A DNA stretch of 30,272 bases from an uncultured virus (IMG/VR IMGVR_UViG_3300028746_000001). Taxonomy: Duplodnaviria; Heunggongvirae; Uroviricota; Caudoviricetes. Both the position numbers and the translations under genes were made by a program. Where the stretch lies: the IMG/VR virus record IMGVR_UViG_3300028746_000001; one strand, written 5' to 3'. The notes beneath the pieces were generated by a model. The model made no database searches, was not told where the DNA came from, and was given only the letters and a program-made list of their open reading frames with translations. Below, piece by piece: positions 23,475 to 30,272 of this stretch. Positions within the stretch are counted from its first letter, which is position 1; the number at the start of each line of letters is the position of its first letter.

Positions 23475-25238
23475 ATGACCAACAAAGCCGCAAACGTGGC
23501 GTTCGACGGGGATGCGCCTGAGCCAGAGCGCACTGAGGCGCTGGGCGAACTGCAGAAATCGCATATGCCGTCGCAGTCGGATTTACTGCCGAACGATGTC
23601 GTGCGCGCAATCATGACGGTCGCAGAGGCTCAGTACGAGGACGACATGCTGAAGTCGATCTCGGATAACCCCGTTCCTTTCCCGTCCACGGCGAACCGGC
23701 TCAAGCAGCGCGGGATGCAGTCCGTCATTCTCGACAAGTGGCAAGTCAACGTGAACGGCGACTGGTGGGATCGCCCGGGCGGCATTCCGTTCGATGGCCT
23801 GCGCATGATGGTGCAGCAGACCCCTGTGCTCAACGCGGTGATCATGACCCGCCAGCGCCAGGTGCAGCGCTTCTGCCGCGTCGCCGAGAAGGGCAACGAT
23901 ATGCCCGGCTTCGAAATCCGCCATATCGACCGCGGTCACCAGTTGACGGCCCCGGAAGGGAAGTCGATCGCGCTGCTCAACCGCTTCATCCAGAACTGCG
24001 GCTGGGAATTCAAGCCCCGTCTGCGCAAGTCACTGCACCGCGATTCGTTCGCTCAGTTCATGTCCAAGTCCGTCCGCGACTCGCTGGTCATGGACTCCGC
24101 TCCTATCGAACTGGAGTGGAAGAACAATAAGCTGAAGGGTATCGACGGCTTCTACGCCGTAGATGGCGCGACGATCCGGCTGTGCACTGAGGACGGGTAC
24201 AACGGCGACGACGAGATTTTCGCGCTGCAGGTCGTGGAAGGGATGATTACGACTGCGTACACGCACGAGGACCTGATTTACGAGCCGCGAAACCCGCGTA
24301 CGGACGTGAGCGCTGCCGGTTACGGTATCTCGGAGACGGAACTGCTGATTCGCGTCGTGACTGGCTATATCAACGCCATGTCATACAACATCAAAGGCTT
24401 CGACTCGAACTCGATTCCGAAAGGGATGTTGCACCTGTCCGGGCAGTATGACGACGGCGACATCAAGGCGTTCCGTCGCTACTGGAACGCGATGGTGAAG
24501 GGCGTCAATAACGCCTGGAGCCTGCCGATCATGGTCTCGAAGGATCAGGAGTCGAAAGCCTCGTTCGAGAAGTTCGGCGTCGAATTCAACGAGATGTATT
24601 TCGCGAAATGGATGACGTTTCTCACGTCAATCATCTGCGCCATCTACGGCATGTCGCCGTCTGAAATCAACTTCGATAGCTTCAGCGGCGGCAGTTCGTC
24701 CCCGCTGTCCGGCTCAGACACCAGTGAAAAGCTGGCCGCTTCGAAAGATTCCGGCCTGCGCCCACTGCTCGCCGCGTACGAGAACACCCTCTCGGACTTC
24801 ATTGTTTCCGAATTCTCGGACAACTTCTGCTTCCGCTTTACCGGCCTAGATCCGGAAGACCGCCAGGTAAAGAACGAGATGCGCAAGCTCGTCTCGACCG
24901 TCAACGAAATCCGCGCCGAAGAGGGCAAGCAAAAGCTCGCCGGTCCGCTCGGCGACGCGCCAGTCAATTCGTCCCTCATTCAGCCGTGGATGGTCATTAA
25001 CGGCATCGGCCAGCAGCAGGACGACGAGGAGGGCGGCCAGGGCGGCTCTGACAACGGCGATCAGGGCGCAGGCAACGCCGATCCGACGCCGGCGAAGGGC
25101 TCAAGCAAGGACGGCGTCGATGACGGCAGCGACGTTCCCGGTGACGACATGAATTTTGGCGACGGCAATGCGCCCGTTGATTTTGGCAAGGCGTTCGGCC
25201 TGCCGCCCGTATTCAATTTTGAGGAGTTGATGGGATGA
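23475..25238 (+). CDS. Phage portal protein
   Basis: GGGGA RBS; FYAVDGATIR, YEPRNPRTD..GYGISETE, PKGMLHL, ICAIYGMSPSEINF, STVNEIRAEEG; leads the head gene cluster. Confidence 0.9.
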   Translation: MTNKAANVAFDGDAPEPERTEALGELQKSHMPSQSDLLPNDVVRAIMTVAEAQYEDDMLKSISDNPVPFPSTANRLKQRGMQSVILDKWQVNVNGDWWDRPGGIPFDGLRMMVQQTPVLNAVIMTRQRQVQRFCRVAEKGNDMPGFEIRHIDRGHQLTAPEGKSIALLNRFIQNCGWEFKPRLRKSLHRDSFAQFMSKSVRDSLVMDSAPIELEWKNNKLKGIDGFYAVDGATIRLCTEDGYNGDDEIFALQVVEGMITTAYTHEDLIYEPRNPRTDVSAAGYGISETELLIRVVTGYINAMSYNIKGFDSNSIPKGMLHLSGQYDDGDIKAFRRYWNAMVKGVNNAWSLPIMVSKDQESKASFEKFGVEFNEMYFAKWMTFLTSIICAIYGMSPSEINFDSFSGGSSSPLSGSDTSEKLAASKDSGLRPLLAAYENTLSDFIVSEFSDNFCFRFTGLDPEDRQVKNEMRKLVSTVNEIRAEEGKQKLAGPLGDAPVNSSLIQPWMVINGIGQQQDDEEGGQGGSDNGDQGAGNADPTPAKGSSKDGVDDGSDVPGDDMNFGDGNAPVDFGKAFGLPPVFNFEELMG

Positions 25239-25570
25239 GTACCCCGATCTTTATCAAGGCCCTGAAGAAGCCAGACCCGAAGGCCAAGCCCGCAAAGAAG
25301 CCGGAAGGCGAACCGAAGAAGGGGCCGTTCAAGGATCTGCTCGCACGCCTGTCCGAGCACAACCCGGGTGGCGCAAAGAACGAGCAGACCGTGAAGAAAG
25401 GTCACCACGTGGCGTTCAAGGCTGGAGCGTTCTGCGGCGAGGGGAAGGTGACTTCGACCGGGAAGGATGGCCTCACGTGCGAAGACGAGACCGGGCGGCC
25501 GCACCGCGTCCACTGGCATGAGGTTACCGGCCACCAAACTGAAAAGCCGAAAAAGAATGCAGGAAAGTGA
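25235..25570 (+). CDS. Small head-region protein with a probable SH3-like C-terminal domain
   Basis: ATGA overlap; N-terminal PIFIKA; GHHVAF...GKVTSTGKDGLTCEDETGRPHRVHWHEV. Confidence 0.7.
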   Translation: MSTPIFIKALKKPDPKAKPAKKPEGEPKKGPFKDLLARLSEHNPGGAKNEQTVKKGHHVAFKAGAFCGEGKVTSTGKDGLTCEDETGRPHRVHWHEVTGHQTEKPKKNAGK

Positions 25571-26768
25571 CGGCCTGCCCCTCCATAAGGGGCTTCTGTT
25601 CAACCTCGGCGGCCTTTCCTGCGATTGCACGGAGGAGGTCATCGACGTTATGGCGAAGGCGCTTTCCGGCGAGAACGGCGAGAAACCTGATATTTGGGCG
25701 AAGCACGAGAGCCCGTATGTCCAGTCTTTGATCGAACTGTTTTCGTCGCGCGGCCTGCTGCGTCTTGACAAGATAAAAGAGCAGCTTGACGCGTGGATGG
25801 CGAACAAGAATTTCGTCGGCGGCAAGACGTTCTCCAAGCCTCGCTTCGGCCCTACCCCACACGAACTCAACCTCGTTGAGCTGTACCTCGAAGCGATCCC
25901 GGCTGAAAAGTTCGGCATTGACGACTGGGCACTGCTGATCGACTACCTCGTCGCGAAGTACATGCCCGCTGATTCGCTCAGCACTGAGGCTGAATGGCTC
26001 GCTGTGCGGTCGGTGTTCATGGGGAAGGTGCAAGCCAACATCGATAGCCTTGGGCTCGCTGGGGCCGATACGGTGCTGGCTGCGATGCCAAACACCACGA
26101 AGGCCGCCGAAGAAACGTTCAAGCCGTCCGACGTTATCAAAAATACGTTGGCATACGAGCGCGCCCGATGCGCCGACAACGTGCAAGCGGTCGCCGATTC
26201 AACCAAGCATCGCTTGAAGTCGCTAATCATGGCGCACGAACAGCAGCGCCTTCTCGGCTCGAAGCCACCTGCGCACGCACTGCAGCAGGACCTGTTCGAC
26301 ACGTTCGCCGACCTCAACCGCGACTGGCGCCGCATTGCCACGACGGAAGTAGGGGACGCCGCTGGCAATGGCCTGATCGGCTCGCTGAAGGCTGGCACGA
26401 AGGTACGCCGCATCGAGCAGTACAAGAGCGCATGCCCGTTCTGCAAAAAGATTCATGGGCTCGTCTTCACGGTCGTAGACCCTGACAAGAAAGATAAGAA
26501 CTGGGACACGGAAGTGTGGGTCGGCAAGACGAATATCGGTCGCTCTGCCGCGAAGCAAAAGCGCACTGCTGAAGGAATGGTTGACCGCACCGACTCTGAA
26601 ATGTGGAAGGTCCCGGCTGGAACGGTTCATCCGCATTGCCGCGGTACATGGCACGTCCTGGACGATGCCAAACCAGCCGACGATCCGGACTTTGCGAAGT
26701 GGCTCGACAACCTGTTCGCATCAAATCCGCAAAAGTTTGGCGAAGACGTTCCCGAAAAAAAGTCGTGA
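25557..26768 (+). CDS. Phage head morphogenesis protein (MuF/SPP1 gp7-like)
   Basis: NRDWRRIATTE, ACPFCKKIHG, HPHCRG; lies between portal and protease. Confidence 0.85.
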   Translation: MQESDGLPLHKGLLFNLGGLSCDCTEEVIDVMAKALSGENGEKPDIWAKHESPYVQSLIELFSSRGLLRLDKIKEQLDAWMANKNFVGGKTFSKPRFGPTPHELNLVELYLEAIPAEKFGIDDWALLIDYLVAKYMPADSLSTEAEWLAVRSVFMGKVQANIDSLGLAGADTVLAAMPNTTKAAEETFKPSDVIKNTLAYERARCADNVQAVADSTKHRLKSLIMAHEQQRLLGSKPPAHALQQDLFDTFADLNRDWRRIATTEVGDAAGNGLIGSLKAGTKVRRIEQYKSACPFCKKIHGLVFTVVDPDKKDKNWDTEVWVGKTNIGRSAAKQKRTAEGMVDRTDSEMWKVPAGTVHPHCRGTWHVLDDAKPADDPDFAKWLDNLFASNPQKFGEDVPEKKS

Positions 26769-26777
26769 TAACAACAT
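26763..26777 (+). promoter_or_regulatory. Putative phage late-promoter motif, copy 6 (variant)
   Basis: TCGTGAT-AAC-A-AC-AT immediately before the protease gene. Confidence 0.45.
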
Positions 26778-27663
26778 GAAGGTCATGGAAAACGACGCAC
26801 TCGAACAAGCTCAGTTGGACGCACTGCCGTCCTTTGTGAGTATTTCGCCAATGCTTAAAGCGACGCCTGCTACTGAGGGCGATCGCCGGTATGTGTACGT
26901 CGAAGCTTCCAACGAATCAGTCGATCAACAGGGCGAGATTGTTCTGTGCAAAGCGCTTGAGAACTCCATGGAGTTTTTCCAGCGCTTTGGCAATCTCGAC
27001 CTTGAGCACTACACACAGATCGGTGCGCGCGCAGGCATTCCGAATCATGAGTCGTACGAAATCGGCACGCCGGTTGATGTGCGCATTCAGAAGTCGGAAA
27101 CGTTCGTGAAGGGCGAGATTTATCAGGGCAGCGGAAAGATGGCCGAAAAGGCAAACCTCTTTTGGGGTTCGCTCACGGAAATCAATCCGCCGAAGCGCTG
27201 GTACACGTCCGTAGGGGGCGCGGTGCTCGAAAAGAGCATGCAGATTGACCCCGTCTCGAAAGGCCGCGTGCCGGTTATTGAGCGCGTCCGCTGGTCAAAC
27301 CTCGCCTTCTCGGCGACTCCCGTCAACGCCAACCTGCGCCCCGCTTCCCTCGTGCCATTCGGCCCGCTGGCGAAGTCGTGGGGTGCGTATGGGCTCGACG
27401 TTGTGAAGTCGCTGCAGGCCGGTTACGGCAGCGATAGCGCGACTCTCGCGGGTGGCTCTGCCATTGGTGAGCAGTCGCTAGATGACGCGCTTTATTCGTA
27501 TTGGACTTTCCGTGACGAACTCGCCAACGCCATCGGCAACGAGGAAATCTCAATGGGAAGTTTGAAGGAAATGGTCAGGGAGGCCGGCGCGCGTTTCGGT
27601 CTTTCGAAGACCGTCGCTGCTGACTACGTCAAGCGGTTTTTGGACGATCTTAAACGCGGTTAA
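26776..27663 (+). CDS. Prohead protease (HK97/herpes-fold type), start 26776 or 26785
   Basis: ASNESVDQQGE, DLEH, TSVGG, LAFSATPVN motifs. Confidence 0.82.
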   Translation: MKVMENDALEQAQLDALPSFVSISPMLKATPATEGDRRYVYVEASNESVDQQGEIVLCKALENSMEFFQRFGNLDLEHYTQIGARAGIPNHESYEIGTPVDVRIQKSETFVKGEIYQGSGKMAEKANLFWGSLTEINPPKRWYTSVGGAVLEKSMQIDPVSKGRVPVIERVRWSNLAFSATPVNANLRPASLVPFGPLAKSWGAYGLDVVKSLQAGYGSDSATLAGGSAIGEQSLDDALYSYWTFRDELANAIGNEEISMGSLKEMVREAGARFGLSKTVAADYVKRFLDDLKRG

Positions 27664-27677
27664 ACGGAGCTTAAACG

Positions 27678-28394
27678 ATGAATTTTGAAGAACTGCAAGC
27701 GGCGATCGCTCAACAGGCAACCCTCGCCAAGTCCCTTTCTGCCGCTCAGGTGGACGAGAAGGGTAACGCAACCGTCACGGCTGACGCTGCAAGTGGTGCT
27801 GCAGCCGGTGGAAAGAAGCTCGACGCCGACGGCAACGAGATCGATGACGGCACTGGCAACGGCGACCTCACCGACGGCTCGCCGATGATCAAGTCGTTCA
27901 AGCTCGTGCTCGAAGACGGCACCGAAATGGAAGCGCAAGACGCAACCGAAATGGTCAAGTGCTTGATGACCGAACTGAACAGCGTCAAGGGCGCGCAAGT
28001 CACGCAAGCCGAAGAAATGGCGAAGTCGTTCGAAGGTGTCGTCGGCCTCGTCGGCTCGCTGACGGAAGGCTTGAAGCAGACCCGCGAAGACGTGCTCGCC
28101 CTGGCGAAGCGCGGCGACGAACTGAAGACCGCGAACTCGCTGCTGACGAAGGCGCTCGGTTCTGTTGGTAACCAAGGTCGCGGCGTTCGCAGCGTCACCC
28201 TCGGCGCACGCCCGAACCTGAACGGCACGGAAACCCCGGCCGGTAAGGGTCCGAGCATGTCGGAAATCCTGTCGAAGGCAGAAGGTGCACTTACGGCAGG
28301 CCGCATTACGGGCACGGAAGCTGTGCGGGTACAGAGCGCTGTCAATTTGGGCGTTCTCCCCGAGCAGGCCATTCTGGACCGCATCTTCAACTAA
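27678..28394 (+). CDS. Putative scaffold protein
   Basis: GGAG RBS; helical; lies between protease and capsid; many K-A/K-S sites. Confidence 0.65.
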   Translation: MNFEELQAAIAQQATLAKSLSAAQVDEKGNATVTADAASGAAAGGKKLDADGNEIDDGTGNGDLTDGSPMIKSFKLVLEDGTEMEAQDATEMVKCLMTELNSVKGAQVTQAEEMAKSFEGVVGLVGSLTEGLKQTREDVLALAKRGDELKTANSLLTKALGSVGNQGRGVRSVTLGARPNLNGTETPAGKGPSMSEILSKAEGALTAGRITGTEAVRVQSAVNLGVLPEQAILDRIFN

Positions 28395-28427
28395 GCAATA
28401 ACGGCAACTTTCGGAGTCCGTAAAACT

Positions 28428-29897
28428 ATGAATTTTCTGAATTTCAACCCCACTGGCGCGACGAACGCTGGCGCAATGGGTCAGGACGAATTCACCGCCC
28501 TGCAGAAGGCGCTCGAAGTTCCGCTCGAAGCCGGTTACGGCTCGGACGTATCGACGCTGACTGGCGGTTCCGCGCTGCGCATCCAGTCTCTGGATCTCGC
28601 GCTGCAGGCAACCGTGCAGGAAAACCGTCACTTCGCCCTGTTCAACAAGCTGCCGAAGCCCCGCGCATCGGCCGTGCTTGACGAGTGGACGGAACAGCAC
28701 AGCATCGGCGGTTTCTTCGGCTCGACGTTCAACACCCAGGACGGCGCGGCGATGCAAACTGCTGGTCAATACCAGCGCATGGTCGGTCAGGTCAAATACC
28801 TGACGACTTACCGCTCGATCCCGGTTGTGCTGCAACAGCAAAACAACATCGTGGACGCGGTGACCATCGAAACGACCAACGGCACGAAGCAGTTGCTGAC
28901 GGACATCGAAGTCGGCTTGTTCGAGGGCGATAGTTCGGTTCTGCCGTTGTCGTTCGACGGTATCGCCAAGCAGATCACCAGCTTGGGCAGCAGCGATCAC
29001 GTGATCGACATGCGCGGTGCAGCACTGTCCAGCATCGACCCGATCGCCACCGCCGCTGAAGTCATCTTCGGTTTCGGCAACTTCGGCCGCGCGACCGATA
29101 TCTTCTTGCCGGCGAGCGTGCAGACCGACCTGAACACGGACCTCGATCCGGCGTTCCGCGTGATTCAAGACGGCCAAGCCAGCACCACGGTTCGCGGTAC
29201 GGCTGTGACCGGCATTCAGACCTCGTACGGTCAAATCAAGACCAACACGGACGTGTTCATCCGTGACGAGCGCCTGAAGTCCCCGTTCGAAGTGCGCGCG
29301 CCGTGGTTCTTGGCAATCGCTGTCGCGAACAACGGTTATCGTCCGCAAACCGTAGTCGGCACGCCGATCGCTGCACAGGTCGGTTCGCTGTTCGCGGCCA
29401 ACCAGGCTGGCGATTACTACTACGGCGTGACCGGCTTGAACCAAGGCGGCGAATCTCAGACCGTCGTGTCGGCTCAGGTGGCAGTCGTGAGCGGTGGCGC
29501 AGTATCGCTGGCAATCGGCGCATCGGCAGGCCGCACGGAGTCGGGTTATGTCATCTACCGTGGTCGCTTGAACGGTACGAACGCGTTGACCGACCTGCGT
29601 GAAATGGTCCGCACCCCGGCATCGGGCGGCGCAACCACGACGTACGTTGACTACAACCAGGACATCCCGGGTTCGACCAACGGCTACATTCTGAATCTGT
29701 CGGAAACGGACCATGCGATCGCATGGCGCCAGTATCTGCCGATGATGAAGATCCCGATGGCGGCAGTGAACTCGCCGATCATCCCGTGGCTGCAGATGAT
29801 TTGCGGTTACCTGCGTATCTCGAAGCGCAATCAGCACGTGCTCGTGAAAAACATCGTGACCAACAGCCAGCAATGGCAGCCGTTCGGCAACGCGTAA
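28428..29897 (+). CDS. Major capsid protein, SPO1/Twort-like
   Basis: N-terminal KALE..LEAGYGSDVSTLTGGSALRIQSLD resembles the Herelleviridae capsid N-arm; DIEVGLFEGD...FDGI; 489 aa; position. Confidence 0.88.
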   Translation: MNFLNFNPTGATNAGAMGQDEFTALQKALEVPLEAGYGSDVSTLTGGSALRIQSLDLALQATVQENRHFALFNKLPKPRASAVLDEWTEQHSIGGFFGSTFNTQDGAAMQTAGQYQRMVGQVKYLTTYRSIPVVLQQQNNIVDAVTIETTNGTKQLLTDIEVGLFEGDSSVLPLSFDGIAKQITSLGSSDHVIDMRGAALSSIDPIATAAEVIFGFGNFGRATDIFLPASVQTDLNTDLDPAFRVIQDGQASTTVRGTAVTGIQTSYGQIKTNTDVFIRDERLKSPFEVRAPWFLAIAVANNGYRPQTVVGTPIAAQVGSLFAANQAGDYYYGVTGLNQGGESQTVVSAQVAVVSGGAVSLAIGASAGRTESGYVIYRGRLNGTNALTDLREMVRTPASGGATTTYVDYNQDIPGSTNGYILNLSETDHAIAWRQYLPMMKIPMAAVNSPIIPWLQMICGYLRISKRNQHVLVKNIVTNSQQWQPFGNA

Positions 29898-29927
29898 TTT
29901 AGCGCGCGCTGAAGTCTGCTTGTGAAG

Positions 29928-29954
29928 AAGAAGGGGCCTGCGGGCCTCTTCTTT
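29928..29954 (+). terminator. Probable terminator hairpin after the capsid gene
   Basis: AAGAAGGGGCCTG/CGGGCCTCTTCTTT imperfect inverted repeat. Confidence 0.55.
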
Positions 29955-29979
29955 ATAGACAGGAAATCGTGGAGTCCAT

Positions 29980-30272
29980 ATGCCCCAAGTTCTGAATCGC
30001 AGCAAAAACGCAAGCACGCTCATCAACGGCGTTGCTTTCTCGAAAGTCGCAAAAGGCATGCTGAGCGAGGAAATCTCGCAAGAGCAGGCGGACTACTTTC
30101 TGAGCATCCCAAGCTACGTCGCTGTGAAAGCGGCTGCGCCAGTCCCGCCAGTCCCTCCCGTCGCGCCGAAGCAACCCGCCGACCCGGTCCCTGACCCGGC
30201 AGTAGCCGCAGCCGCCGCTGCGACCGCCGAAGCTGAGCGCCAAGCCGCTGAGCAGGCTAACGCTGCCGCTCA
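29980..30272 (+). CDS. 3'-truncated hypothetical protein after the capsid gene
   Basis: GGAG RBS; MPQVLNRSKNASTLINGVAF...MLSEEISQEQADYFLSIPSY then a Pro/Ala-rich linker, open to the window end. Confidence 0.75.
   Translation, partial: MPQVLNRSKNASTLINGVAFSKVAKGMLSEEISQEQADYFLSIPSYVAVKAAAPVPPVPPVAPKQPADPVPDPAVAAAAAATAEAERQAAEQANAAA

Noticed and set aside
25557..26768. MuF polymorphic toxin
   Set aside because: Protein ends shortly after HPHCRG with no C-terminal toxin domain
27660..30059. 799-aa minus-strand ORF, and similar long antisense ORFs at 3817-5958, 6316-7635 and 2259-3365
   Set aside because: Antisense shadows of GC-rich, codon-biased plus-strand genes; no recognisable motifs

Overview
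A 30 kb segment of a large tailed-phage genome (prophage or phage-plasmid; a betaproteobacterial, Burkholderia-like host is an inference). The right part holds the DNA-packaging and head module: a two-ATPase terminase, portal, MuF-like head protein, prohead protease, scaffold and a SPO1/Twort-like major capsid. It is interleaved with accessory blocks: NinI-like phosphatase, two DNA methyltransferases, a YadA-like trimeric autotransporter, RtcB, Ead/Ea22-like, YkgJ-like and HTH proteins. The main candidate novel system is a three-gene cassette at 3655-9936. It encodes a 1409-aa WGR + PI3/4K/HipA-like kinase + ADP-ribosyltransferase protein, a 158-aa acidic partner, and a NUDIX protein with a paralogous kinase domain. 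Both enzymes share an N-terminal LLFxKA...FT(K/R)(R/K)(N/D)GxVVQxH tag and sit behind the same TCGTGAC-N3-A-N2-(A/C)T motif as the terminase, portal and protease, suggesting capsid-packaged, ejected effectors. Two regulatory codes can be read from the DNA: that putative late-promoter motif, embedded in hairpins that cover the RBS or start codon, and a TCTGC-N7-GCAGA operator overlapping sigma70-like promoters of accessory operons. All calls come from manual motif reading; no database searches were run.
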